Of a stretch of DNA of 64,000 nucleotides, positions 1-14,000 are shown piece after piece. Positions within the stretch are counted from its first letter, which is position 1; each line of letters begins with the position of its first letter. Source of the stretch: Ascidiella aspersa (lineage: Eukaryota); NCBI GenBank assembly GCA_963924565.1, contig OZ004607.1, positions 27,094,001 to 27,158,000 of the forward strand, given 5' to 3'. A program made the position numbers and the translations under genes. The notes beneath the pieces are model-generated. The model saw nothing but the letters and a program-made list of their open reading frames with translations. It searched no databases and was not told the origin of the DNA.

Positions 1-3000
1 CGATAGTTTTAATTAATGGCACCGGTTTCGCGTTTACCAAACATACTCCTCGACTGTTTTCTGTCGAAATAACCTCCTCGAAGCAATAACGCTACATGGA
101 ACACTAACAGCCAATTTAAACTTGATGTTGAATAAAGTACAAGATGTTACTGTTCTAAGTGAGGACTCAAAACGAAATCATACTTGCTTAGGCGTTTCTC
201 GTGGTTAATAAACCCCCAAGGGTCCAATCTTCTTTCCCTTTTTTCTCATTTCTGTCGTCACGTTTTGACGGATGACGTGATTCGGCGATAATGACATTAG
301 CACCATTGAAACTTTACTTTACAAATCAAATGGAAAAATAGAGCTCACAGTTAGACATCGCTGTGCTCAACATGTTTTCGAGTATGAGAAGTTTAACCTG
401 GACAAGCGTTGAGAATTTTACAACATATAAACATTGACTAATAAACCTAAACATTAATATTTTTCTATGGGATACAGATGTTTTCAAAAAAAAAAATATA
501 TATACACGTTTTATTTACCTCTATTTGACTCAAGGATTTTGCAAGTCCGGCTTTGATAACATTATTATTTGTTTATTAAACAGATTAATCCACGAATACG
601 AAGAAATAATTCTGTAGACCTTTCCTATCATAAAAGAGTATAACAAAAGTAGAATGATATCCAAATGTTGCAACACATTATCACATAGTCACATACCAAA
701 TAAAATTACTCAATATCTTAGTTAGTTGCCAACATGTGGTGATAACAGACTGTAAATTAGGTTAATACTGTATGCTGGTATAAATAACGAATAGCTATAC
801 AATAAATAAAAGTTGATATGTTTCGAAAAGAAAATACTAAATATTGGAATCGTGAAAACGTGGAAAGACAGGGTTCCAAATGAATGGGCTGTAAAGAGTC
901 CGATAGGCGCAATCCAAAAATAACCACCTTCGGGTTGCTTCGGTGGGAGATCAGACGCTGATTGGTCGCTAATATCTGCGAGTGACGTAGCGCAAGTGTG
1001 TCATGCGAACAGTTGTCGGCACTCGTCACCCCGACAAGCGTCTACGTCGCTGCCTGTCGAGCCAGATGCGTTAATGCGCCGCATGCCTGCATGTCTGCAT
1101 GTATGGCAAAACGGCATCTGTCACACAGCAGCATCTTAGTTGGTAAGATTCGGAGTTGCTGTGAACATGTAAAGCGCTAAATCTTGAATAGCTAAAGGAT
1201 TTTGTAGCAAATTTGGAATAATTTTTTTTAACCCATATGTAGTTTGAAAACATAAGAATAAAATCCCTCTTTTGAGCTTTCAAATCTCCATTGAGTTTGT
1301 CACTGCGACGTCACACTATTTAATAAACCACCGTTATTTAGTGGGATTCGCATGTTAAATAAATTAACATTTTAAACAGCAGTTGTGGACTCTATAGTGA
1401 TTAAACGTAAATTTTTTTAAACTTTTTTAGATATTCGTTGGCAAAGCACTTCCCTATATAATGTTTAAACTATCGCGCAACAGCAATTAAGTCTGCATAA
1501 ATAGGGTTTCGAAATCTGCAAAATGACGTGACAAACGCATACATTTATGTTGGGTTGTGGGATAGTCTTTCCCTATTAAAATGTTTCAGGTTTGAATTAA
1601 GGTAAGGTAAGGTGGTGTTTAGTTCAGTTTATAAAGCTTTCATTGTGCAATAAATAAGTAAAAAGTGACTAGGCCTACGATGGTACTATTCCACAATGCT
1701 CGGTATTTAATAAACCCGAGATGTACGTTATTCAAAACGCATTACCTTTTGTTTAAATATACTCCATGATTGATTGATATGATAAAAAAATCACAATTAA
1801 TTTCAAGCTTTAGTGAGGTTAAAAACAACTATGCTGTGGCCATATGAGTTACATATAGCACGTTCACAGCAACCAAAAATGCACATTTTTATTGCAAAAT
1901 TCAACTCCTATAGTAGCCTATACTTACAATATTTGGACAAATGGGCTAAAATATTGTGTTAATTTTGGTGTTCAAGCATGCTCATTGCTCAACCTAAAGT
2001 GCAATGGAATAAATTCATACAAACAATGTCTTATAATGAAATTATTTATTAATCTGATATTTAAGCAGAAAAGGTTTCGAAAAAACGTATGCATTTTAAT
2101 TAGTTTTAGAAAGTTTTAAACTCTATAGTGTTATTGCCTCTATCATTTTAGTTTTAGCCTTTACAAAAATGACAAAAAAAAAAACAAAACAAAAAGTTGA
2201 ATGATTTTTCTGACATCAGCCACGTTGAAAATTTTTTTTCAAGTTTTCGTACAACGTAACTTTAAAAAAATGTCGTGTAGGGCCTGGTCAAAAAAGGGAT
2301 CTGAAATACAATATTATATATAATACAAAGTGTGACTTATTTTACAAGATTGCTTTAAATTTCCTTAGTTTGACAATCTGGTAAGAGTAAGAATAGGTAA
2401 TAATTGTATTAAAGTATAATTTAAGAAAAAAAAATTGCCGACCCCTGCCCTAAACTAAAGAATACTCCACTCTTAACTAATTTCTACTTACACCCTTGAG
2501 CATCCAACAGCCATTCATTAAGCAGAAATGTTCAGCAAAAACATAAAAACGCATTATTAAAGTGGTAGTTTATAAACTTAATGGAAGAAAAACAAGGAAC
2601 TGATGCTGACGTTGCCTAAGGAGCTTGGGGCCGTGGTAGTATCAGTTTCCGAACATTTTATTTAATAAAAAAACAACAGCAAGGTTGATATCAGAAAATA
2701 AGGGGAGATCATAGAGTAAAAGAGAAGAAGGGTTAAATAGCAAACTCAAATATCACTGTGTTGTTATGTTTGAAAGATGTTGACGGAACGTATGTAAATT
2801 TATCAAGTTGCACTATTTAATCAATAGCGTATTTTAGAAGCTAGTTAAAAGCTACGCGGAATGCTTTTCAATTTCGAGAAAAAGTTCTCGATATCTTGCA
2901 ACATTGTATTTTATCTGTAAAAGTGATGTTAGGAGACAATGACCTCAACAACCCAACTAAAAAAGTTTAATTTAACGGCAAAAATATAGTAATGAATATA

Positions 3001-3583
3001 GTAACTCCAGTAAAGGTTTGCAATAATTTTAGTTTGAAAAAGGTGCTAAAAATACCATCTTTTAAAGAGCTATCCTAGAGTTAGATGTATACTGCTGAAT
3101 TGTGGTTAATCGTGTTTGATATATTAGTGTTTTATATTAATATGAGAAAATAAATTGCCTTAAAAAGATCACTGATCACTGCTGCTTGCATTCCAGCAGT
3201 ATTGCTGTGACACTACAAAACGCGATTTTAATGAATGATTTCAGCTGATTTCTGTCGCAACTTTTATTCCAAAGTCACTTTTATCAAATGCTTGAGGCTT
3301 GAATATTTCTGGCTATTTATCTAGTATGATGTGTTCCTTTCGGATTGGTCTGTTGATCAATCATACAAAATATAATTAGAACTTGCTATTAGACTGGTTG
3401 CAAAACTTATGTTTCTAAATTGATGAATAAGAGGGCGTCATTTATTTTATGACAGTGTAATCCAAAAAAATATAAAAGTAACTAAGAATCGATCGGTTAA
3501 AGTGGCATCAACTGAACCCTATCGACACATACAGAAACATCAGAATCCATACAACAAAATACAATAGCAAGAACTGAAACAGC

Positions 3584-3595
3584 AATAAATTTATT
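3584..3595 (-). terminator. Probable LRP4 polyadenylation signal (palindromic AATAAATTTATT)
   Basis: Minus-strand AATAAA at 3590-3595, ~700 nt past the stop, followed on that strand by a GU/U-rich tract. Confidence 0.55.
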
Positions 3596-4300
3596 CACGG
3601 AATATTTTAAAATATAAAAATGCATTAAAAAAACAAAACATAACGAATCGCGGCGGTGATAGCACTCAAGTCACTTGGGCACGAAATGCGTGTTGCGAAA
3701 CGTTTCATTAAAGTGAAACAGAAACACAAGAAGGGGTGGTCTAAGAACGAAGGTAGACTAAAAACGCTATAACACGTAACACTGCTGTTGAGGGGAGTGA
3801 AGATCAATGGTAGAGACAAAAGAAAAGTCGGGGTTACAACAACAGCAGAATAAAAGCTGGAAAGGCACGAAGGAGGCGGTGGAGAAATGCAATTAAACCA
3901 CAATGTGTATTTAGTTAGGGTTCTCTGTGATGTAACAGTTTCGTGAAGTTCACGTTGTGGAAAGGCTGAAAACCACGGCTGGCACATCGGGTAAAAACCC
4001 ACAAATTTGCCTACGAAGAAGATGGCCAATTTGTCTAGGAACGAAAAGCAAGACGATAAAACAGTAACTTCGGCGGTGAATTTTTGGGAGTCGGTTCGGG
4101 GAAAAGTAAATGACGTTTACGTGACGTATGCATTGTATTGAAGAAAGCCGCGACCACGACATTGGCGCTGGCGAGAAAAGACTTGTCACGGCCTGAGATA
4201 TACAATACAAGAAAGTAACTTTTTTTTGGTGCGTATGAAAAACAAAACAAACCCAAAAGACATTGCTCTATTCAGGTTGCGGAAAGCGAGTTAATTCCGA

Positions 4301-5006
4301 TTAAATCAGATCGCCCGTTTCAACGTCAACGTTGGCGTCATCAACATCGGCATCGTCATGCTCGAGCAAATCGGGCACGTCACTTTCGATGACGTCATCC
4401 CGCTCGTCCTCGGACAACATTGTGCATTGAGTGGTCGTGCTTACTTTGGGCTGTTTGTCGACTAGGTGACGCAACAAGCGGTTGCTGGCGATTGCCTTGA
4501 TACCGCTGAGCGAGTATTTATTAGAAGAAGCAAAGGCAACGTCATCCTCGTCCGCACTACAGCTGGAACTGCTGTCATTGTCGTCGGACGCCGGCGGCGT
4601 GTCCAGCAAGGGGTATCCACATGGGGGCGACGCCGAGGAGTCCGTGTAAAACTCGGTAGGTGGCACCAAACCCGCGGTGCCCAGTTTGCGGCTCGGTGTC
4701 ATTTTTGGTGGCGCTTCCAGGGTGGACACGGCGCTGTATTGGTGATGCGTGGGCTGCTCGTCGTACACCTCGATATCGCTCACGTCAGACGCGTTCTGCG
4801 AAAGGTCGGTGGCCGCCGTCGAAGCAGCGCCGGTTATAAACGACTTGCTCTCGTCTGAGCAGGCTCCGTGGTGGGCGTCGGGTCCCTTCCAGAAGGTGGA
4901 CTGGGGCGCTTGTTCCATGAGCGGCGGTGTGCCGCCTCTGTTGGCATGGTACGTCGGGTTGCCGAAAATACTTACGGCGTCCTCCGAACGTTTGCGCTTA
5001 AACCTC
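4301..5006 (-). CDS. LRP4: LRP4 terminal exon, cytoplasmic tail with FGNPTY (NPxY) motif
   Basis: In ORF 4301..5074; acceptor CAG just above 5006; NPxY shortly after the membrane as in LRP4. Confidence 0.9.
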
Positions 5007-8000
5007 CTGAATGGTGAAATGTGTTTGGTTAAATTTTGTCTAAATACTTGAGAGTTAATGTGGTGTAGAAACAAAATGCGGCAGTTTGTGTCGTTTTATT
5101 TAGCAACTCAAGTATAAGTTAAAGTCAATATATTTAGGGTTAAATAGTTTTTCACCTAAAAAACATGGAAATGCTTTATAAAAATCAACCTAAATAATTA
5201 CCTCCACATTAAAATTGCGCATCCGGCAATAATAATAAACACGATAAAAGCTGCTCCAAGAAAAGCTCCAACAAGTCGGACGATGTCAGAAGCTCCTGAA
5301 AAAAGCCCAAAATTAAGTAAGTCGTAATAACCGATCTGCAATACCAATTTCGGCCTAACAACCCCAAATCACGAAAAAAACAGTGACATATTGTTTTATA
5401 TAAAAATATAAAATGAAAATCGCTTACCGCCTCCACTCGATCCGCTGCTAGGTCCCAACATCACCGTTGTAGCTGCACCGCTTGAACTGTTGCCCTTCGC
5501 TGTTGATGACGTCGAAGAAACGATGACGTCAGCCTTGCTTGTCGTAGTCGGGGGCATCGGAACCAGACTGCATTCGCGAAGAAGCGTCTCGGGGTGATCC
5601 AGCGGCGGTGCTTTCCCGTCTTTACCCCCAAGGATGGACTTGTCCTCGGCGCCGACGGTTGGGGCGGGGGCTATGGGGTCCGGACAGGCGCAGACGTATT
5701 TGATGGGCCCCCGCATCAGGCACAGGTGGGTGCAACCCCCGTAGCCGGTAGCGACATCGCAAGGGCTCGTCCCCACTTGACGCTTAGGGGAAACCGCCTG
5801 TTAAAATATATATTTTATTTTACAAGAGTAGGATAAAAATTACACTGTTCAGAAATAATTTTGTTAGCTATGATAAACCCGTTAATCTAAAGAGATATTG
5901 TTTTCGAGAGAGCTCTCCTGTCATTGGTGTCTGACAAAACGATCGCAAGACAACTTGTTTTTAATCGGAGTCATTGTTAACTCATTTGTTTGCAAAGGCC
6001 AATACGCTTTTTTAATTAACATTCAGTTTGCTATATGCACAAGGTTGGTCATTACGCAAATGCGCACTACTTTGGGCGTTTTTCATTATATTCGTTTATT
6101 TTACAATATATGTATTTAATTAAGTCTCCCTCATTGCTTGCATTTAAGTCCTAGGAATTTGTGTGGGTATTAGCCAAAGCTCGTTTTATGATACACTTTT
6201 AACACAATCAAATGAAGAAATAACTCTACCCGTACCTTAATATCCATCACATCGTCGAGACCGCTGATCACCGTGCTTCGTTTGCTTGAGGTGAAAGGAG
6301 AAGACGCCTTGTGGACGCTATTGGTTTGCCAGTCGGTCCAGTACAAAGCGTTGTTAAGCTGCATTACATGAAAACTGTACTTAGACAAGAGTAACTATGG
6401 TCCTTGCCAAACTGGTTATTACGTTACACACGACTGGCGGTTCAATAAATAGGACAAAAAAGGTTTGTTGTTGTGGTTTAGAGTTGATATGTTACGTGAA
6501 ACAAGGGCGACTTTACTTAACTCATCTTTCTTTTTAGGAAATTCGCTATCGCGTAAAATTAGTACAACTGTCATTTACCAAACCGCAATAGACAGCTTTA
6601 AAATGCTCTGGCTTACATATGTGATAGAAAATCCGTGAGGGATTGATGGCACGACGACTCGTCTTTTCCTGCCGTTAAAATCGCAAGTCTCAATCCTGTT
6701 CAACTCCTCGTGTGCGTCAATCCAGAAAATCCTAGAGTTCTTGTAATCGACTGTGAGGCCGTTGGGCCACTTAATATTCTTTCGTACCAGAGTCTAGCCA
6801 ACAAAAAGCAAAGTATATATAAGCCATAGAGTATACGTCATTTTTAAAATGCGCAATGTGTCTAAAACGTCTCCAAAAGTAAAACAAAAGCAAAATAATG
6901 AAAAGCATAATTGATATTTTTATATTCCAGCTAGAAAAAAAGCTAATTGTATTAAGCTCCCTTTTACCAGAAGATATTTTTGAATTATTTTCCACTAGGT
7001 ATGATCAGCAATTAGGAAAAACGACAGGATTTTGTTGTAATGTCTTGCGTTGTTTAAAAAACTAACTTTTCTTGCTAAGACAAAAATAAAATTTTAGTGA
7101 CAGTCGCCCCTAACCGCGTCGTTAACCTTTCTTCCTGTGCCGTCCATGAAAGCTTTTTCGATTCTTGCTTTTCCACCCCAATCAGTCCAGAAGATTAGAC
7201 CGCGTGATGGGTGAACAGCAAGGGCACGGGGTTCGTCAAGGCCCTGATTGATGGCCACTTTTCTGTAAAGCAATACACTCGTTAAGAGTATGGCGACAGC
7301 GTCAGCGTCAGCGTGTAGTATTAAAGCGTCAAGTGTTAAATTTATCACAACCTAAATTCGAAAACTAGCTGCATCTAGATAACAAAATTGCACAAATTTT
7401 AGGCGAAACTTGTAAAATAAACCAAGTGGAACAGGGACCTTACTATATTGAGAGAAGAAAATTGAGGTAATTTTTTTTCAATGTTTAATTTCGCGCCTTT
7501 ATATACCTAACAACAATAACACATCACGTGAGAAATACATAACTAAATTCTTAACCGATTACTGTTTCTTCACAGAAAAAAAACAAAATACAACAGTGAA
7601 AGGCTCTTACCTGCTGCTGCCGTCCAAGCGAGCCACGGAAATTTGATTAAGAGCAGCGTCGGTCCAAAAGATGTTGTTGGCCACCCAGTCGACTGCTACC
7701 CCGTCCATGGTCTTCAGGCCGCTCGACACGATCGTCTGTACATTCGAACCATCCAAACTTGATCGCTTGATTGCGTCCAAGTACACATCGGTAAAAAACA
7801 GCAGCTGAAAAAAAACACATAAACTCAGTCAGCATAGTCGGTTAATATGAAACAGAAATTTAAAAACACCGGGAGCTTTACAGAATTGAACGATAAATTA
7901 TGTAAGAACGGCGTAGAGAAATATATTCCGTAGCGAAATGAGAACTCACGACCTCGGCCATATCGGACCGTCACTTTACCCCACATATGTGTATATAAGT

Positions 8001-11000
8001 TTCGTGTTGGTTATAATAACCAAAAGCTCGTGTACAGAAAAAGCGTGGACATTGCAAAAAATACAGAGTTTTTAAAATATATAAAAAAAACATGTGCAAC
8101 TTCTTATCTTTGATTCTTTAGCTAACACCATCGCTGTCTTAAAACGTCGCAATGTTCTATTTCGTATTACATTATGAGCAAAAAACGCGTTTTCACTTAT
8201 CTTGCATTGCCACATACTTGAAAAACAGGACAATGTGCCCAAAGGCAATTCCCTTAACAACCTTATGAATTGATTTAAGCTGTCTGGTCTTTTAGTAGAA
8301 AGCGGTCAGAACATTTGTACAAACTCTTTATACTTTAAGGTCAAAATATAATAAGGCGCACCTGTTTGTCGTAATGGTAATCGAGGGCAATCGTATTCTC
8401 CATTTCGCCGATCGGCAGTTCGACGTACTCGCCGCGGTCACTCTCCAGCGAAACGCGTCGAATGCTGAGGCGTGTGGCGAAGAGCAAGTACTCCTCGGGC
8501 GCAGCGGCGCACGTTCGGCCGTCTTCCTGCAATCGGATTCCGGTCGGACAGGCGCACCTGAACCCGAGGTTGGCGGTGGGACTGCGAAGGCACAAGTGAC
8601 TGCAACCACCGTTGTTCACGCCGCACCTGTAATTAGAGTAGATAATTCTGTTAGGAATGTCTTGCTGAATCATGTGAAGGGAGAAACGTTATTGCTTGAT
8701 ATAGTAAACCGAAAACCGTCGCAGACTCACCGAATCTGTCGATCAATGATGCAAGCAGGGCAGGCTAGAAAAACAACTAGCTTGCAGTGAGGTTCGAACT
8801 CACGACCTCAGTTCATACCGGGACGGTCGCTCTACCAACTAAGCTACATATGTTTAGAGAGGGGCGAGTCGAGAAACAACCATACTCCAATGGTTGCCAC
8901 ATTCTGTTAGTACAAATTGCTTGTGGTGTTATTACAGTTAACACCTCCACATCAGGTGCGGATAGATGGGGAAGTGGGAGCACAACAGGCCATACCCTAA
9001 ACTACAGGCAAATTTTACTACAAAAAAAAAGCGAATTCCCCGCCATTGTTTTACCATGTTGTTTGTCGCGCTATACTTCCCGGCTTGTCACTCATAAACG
9101 TTACAAAGTGTCTATTAAACTAGACTATAAATGCCGCTATTTAAAAAAACTAAGGATATCTCTGTTATGTGACTAATGAGTTACGTATCCTTTTAAATTC
9201 TTTTGCCAATTTAAATCAAATAAACACAACTGTTTGGCGCTTCATGCGATTGGACTGAATTTCAGCCGCATATTTTCGAGATCAACATGTGTGCAATTTG
9301 CCTCCAACAAAACAAAAATCTTAGATCCGCCCTTGCTACCCCCACCAATACACAATTTTTTTTAAATATAACTATTTTATATTAGCAAAAGGACATTCGT
9401 TTATACAAAAAAGAACAATATAACCCCTAAAGCTGTGTTTGGCGATATAAACAATATTTGGAAACGAAAGAAGCAATGTAAAAACAGTACGCTGCAACTA
9501 ATAATTAAAAAAACTAATCTTTGGCAAAATGTACCTGTTGGTTCCATTAACGTCCATGGCCACTGCTTTGATGCCCATCATTCGCGGCATGTTTTCTCGC
9601 ACCACGTCAACTGTTGTGTTGTCGCCGGGCTGTAGCGACATCTTGTAGATGTTGCGCGTCTGCCAGTCGTTCCAGTAGATGGCGCCCTCGAAAAACGCCA
9701 GGCTGTACGGGTGAGGTGTAGCCGTGTGCAGCGAACGTCGATTGTTGCCAAGCAAGTCGGAGCACTCGATTTTCTACAAGTTAAAACAGGATTTTGGTAA
9801 GCTAATTTAAAATAAAAGCTTTGCAAGTAATTTTAAACAACGCTGGCTACAAGCCATGGTAGAGGATATTTTCTTTTCGAAATCAGCAACAATCACTTGA
9901 CAGCTTTCTTTGCCATGTTTGCTCCTTCTACCAGTAAACGAGTTTTCTTCTTCCTCCAGTAGTCCCCCTTATATTGACCTAAAGTACCCTAACCATTGAA
10001 TGATGTGTGTTACTTGCTTTGTAAATTGCTAAACGGACAATATTTCAATTTATTCCAAATTTGAAAGGTCTTCTTTAAAAGCTTCTAATTGCTTTTTCAT
10101 CGATGACAATCACGGCAACAAAGCTCGTAAAATTTTCCGACCTAACTGTTTGAAAACTAGCGAGGAGTTTCTCCGCAGTATTTAAAAATAACGGATTAAC
10201 CCACCTCTGTTTGTGCATCTCCCCATATCACCAGTCCGCCCTCCTCGTCAATTGTGATGGCGTTTGGCCACTTCAGGTCACTTTCGATGATAACAGAGCG
10301 ATTTGATCCGTCCAGACCAGCACGTTCGATCTTCGCGTTCTTACCCCAGTCCGTCCAGTACATGTATCTGTTACAACAAAAAAAAAGGTAAAAATTTAGG
10401 ATTTTGTCAAGTGAATTTAGGATATTTAGGTGAAGTAGTTCGAGGGCTTATGTATGCTCAAATTTGCGTAATTATTTGCCTTATAATCCAACACATTGTA
10501 GTAAACAAGTTCTTAAAAAAGATAAAATCACAGCGAAGTCATCTCTTATTAATATTAAGTAAAGTTGGAGTATACATAACATCTAAAGTGATAATCACTT
10601 CGTTTAAAAACAAGTTAATTTCAGGCCGAAATCATTTGGTGATGCACTTTATTGCACCAATTTCAATTGTTTCACTTCGTTTATTCTGATATGCATTCAC
10701 ATTTCTAAAAGTCGAGAGGAAAATTCAGCGAAAAAAGAACATGGAAGTGGTTACTTACCCGGCGCTGTAGAACAGTGCGATGGCTCGTGGTGAGTCAATG
10801 CGGTCGCTCAGTAGAATACGTTGCTGTTTGCCGTCCAGCGAAGCCACGGATATCTGGTCACGTCCGTCGTCTGCGACAAGCCGAACCATTGTTAGCGAGA
10901 TGTGTTGTTACACAAACAGCGCGCGAGACACAAGTCTAACATTTCGGTTACCAGAAACGAATGGAAGCCGGGACAGTCCAGAACGGCGTTCGGTAAAAGA

Positions 11001-14000
11001 ATGTTTTGCAGGCACGTCGTACTGGCAATTGTTTTTGGTTAATTTGTGTAACGATAACCTCAGGTTTTCCAAGATTGATTTAAACTATACATAAAGTGAT
11101 CCACAAAAATTCCCATGCGTTCAGTTAAGATATTTATTTTACTTTAACCCCTGCCAGAAACTAGTGCGAAAAAGATATAAGAAAAATAAATTGTTGGTTT
11201 CTGGGGCATTTACTGCGGTTTAATAGGTTAGCTGCTCCGGAATTGTTATGTCCTCTATTTCAATTAGTGGTAAATAATTGGGAAGCTTAAAATTGCAACA
11301 GTAACAAACTAGTTTGTCTGCTATGAATATTTGCACAAACCGTCTAACATCTGAAAACTCAAGAGTAACACTACATCGAACTGGAGAATACCACAGTTGA
11401 TTTAACTTCACACAATGTTTTTATTTAAAATTTGATTTATAAAGAAAAACGACAATATTTGATATTGGACGCGTTTCAAACACACACACACACACATGGT
11501 TACTTGTCAAAATAATATTTTTTTGTTACTTAAAAAAAAATATTTTTAAAAACATACCGGCCCAATACAGCAGTCTTCCCACGTGATCAAGCGCGATTCC
11601 GTCAACCGTGTCAAGGCCAAAGCCAATCACAACTTCGCTCGTTGTCGGGTCGACCAATGAGGAACGAGTGATTTCCCGCGAACCCATGTCGGACCAGTAA
11701 ATGTAATCTGGAAAAAGGTAAAACAATCGGTTGAGCATTTTAGGTTACATATTTCCAAATCTTTAATACAAAGTTGGTATTCATCTTACTTTCCACTGGA
11801 TCGACGGCTACATCGACCACGTTCGCCATGTAAGCGTCAATGGGTAGCTTTACGTCAGCAGAGTAGGGTACGTCTAGGGAAATCACCCTGATGTCTGTTC
11901 GCCGCGCGATTGCAAGGAACCTGGATAGTCAGGAATTTATTACTAGGCAAATTGACTTAGATTACAAAGTATTGCCCGTTTAGGTGTTAATGTTACGACT
12001 GTTTAAAAGCTTTGGAAGCAATGATAAATCATTAGGGGCATCTATTTTCAGATCTAGATTCTAAAATCACAAAAGCATTTTCGGTGTTCCTAATTTAGCT
12101 ATGTCTCTTTCAATTTTTCAAGTAAAAATTTTTGGTATTTATATTGTTTACTGGACCAAAATTATGATGTGGGGACAATATTTTTTCACGTATTCCAGAA
12201 AGAACAAACCCACACCTTTACTCAACTGAAAATTGTTAATGATACTTCCGTTTAAAATCTTTAAAAGCAATAATAATGCAGTAAGAGCATTTATTCTCAG
12301 ACCTCCTTCATAAAACTGTCACATTTTTCTGTTTGAAATTTAGCTTCGTCTCTTCAATGTTAATCAAGTTAATATTTCTGGTATTTATATTGTTCACTGG
12401 ACCGATGTGAGACAATATATATGTCACGTATTCTTGACATCACATACTTACGCCTGCACACACAGAGTACCCAGATAAAGAGATTGTCCAAACCCAGCTT
12501 ACTTGTTCATTTTGGTGTTGCACTGCTTGTCGTCGGTGCCCAGGGACAGGCCAGTGGGGCAAGCACAGGAGAACGGTGTCCCATCTATTGTGAATGGTGC
12601 GTCGCCGCGGGTACTGAGAAGGCAAAGGTGGGAGCAGCCCCCATTCCTTACCGAGCAGGGATTAGGGGAGATGGGGTGCGCTTGACCGAAGAAACGGATG
12701 TCCATCGGGTTGTCCAGCTTGTTTCTCAGAACTTTCTTGTCCTTACCTTTAGTTAAAAATACAAATCGGTTCAGGGAGAGTGTTACGAGGCAGTGATTGA
12801 AGTATGGCTATAGGTTTTTGATTTTAAGCCTGTTTAAATTTTGTTTGTATTGGAGAAGAACCATTTAAAAATTATTCATATTTTCTATTATTTCGAAAGT
12901 GCAACTTCAAACTTCATATAAAGGTTTGTGTTTACACAAAAACGCAACGATATGGCTAAGATCAATTTATATTCTGTCGCCACCTCTAGATATAATTTTC
13001 TCCGCTATATAAATTATCAAATAAATAAAATTACCAAAATTACCAACCTGTTTCTTTATCGGCACTATTAATCGACCCCAGATCCCAGTCGGTCCAATAA
13101 ATCCTCGTCTCGTCGATGGTGATGCCGAACGGATGAGGAAGACCACTAAGTATTACCCTCCGGTTCTCACCATCAAGATCGCAAGATTCGATTTGACGGA
13201 TATCTCGTCCGGCGTCGGTCCAGTATAACCTTTATAGAAATTTTGTTTTTAAGGAACATCTAACAAATGACAGACAGTAGCGCAAACAAGAATTTGATAC
13301 TCAGTCGTTCACAGCTTTGCTCATAGCTATACAAAACACATTTGCTTATAAGAAAGAATAATCCCTACGGGAATGAACTCAAAAACGTTCGAAGGTTATA
13401 GAGCAACATTTTCCATGTTTATTCTCACCGGTCAGTTGCGTAATCAATAGCCACGCCATTTGGCCAAGTAATTCCAGTTGATACAATGGTTTTCCGACCA
13501 GCTCCGTCCATCCCTGCTCGCTCGATCTTCGGTTCGGTTCCCCAGTCGGACCAAATCATAGTTCTGTAAAAGTTACCATACTCATTTTATGACGTTCAAA
13601 ATGTTAAGCTTTAATTATTTAATATCAGCTACAGTACACAAAGATGTTGGTATTTGCCTAAACAAAAACATTAGCCTGTTAGTCTAGAGAGTAAAACCAT
13701 ATAAATGCATAGCTAATGTTTATAAAACAAAATTCCAAAATGATCGAATCCATAGTCGTACTTAAATATAATAATAACAGTGGTAGCTCTCAAAAAAATC
13801 AGTATCATTACCCGGACTTTGGGTGCACAATTATTCCTCTTGGTCGGTCCAAACCAGTCCAGACCAGAACGCAACGCATTGACCCGTCCAGCAAGGCTAC
13901 CTCTATACGGTTTATTCCGGAATCGGTCCAGTACATCTTATTTGTCACCCAGTCGATTGCGATTCCAACAGGAGATACTAGACTCGTGCTCACCAGGACC

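Noticed and set aside
1-260. Possible minus-strand exon running off the left edge
   Set aside because: One ~30-codon open frame after an AG, with no recognisable motif; cannot be supported.
4466-5051. Plus-strand ORFs of 130 and 100 aa (likewise 8374-8790, 53894-54154, 59775-60189, 63431-63754)
   Set aside because: Antisense shadows of GC-rich minus-strand exons; no independent homology or splice structure.
8781-8853. Functional tRNA gene
   Set aside because: Acceptor stem and anticodon arm cannot form.
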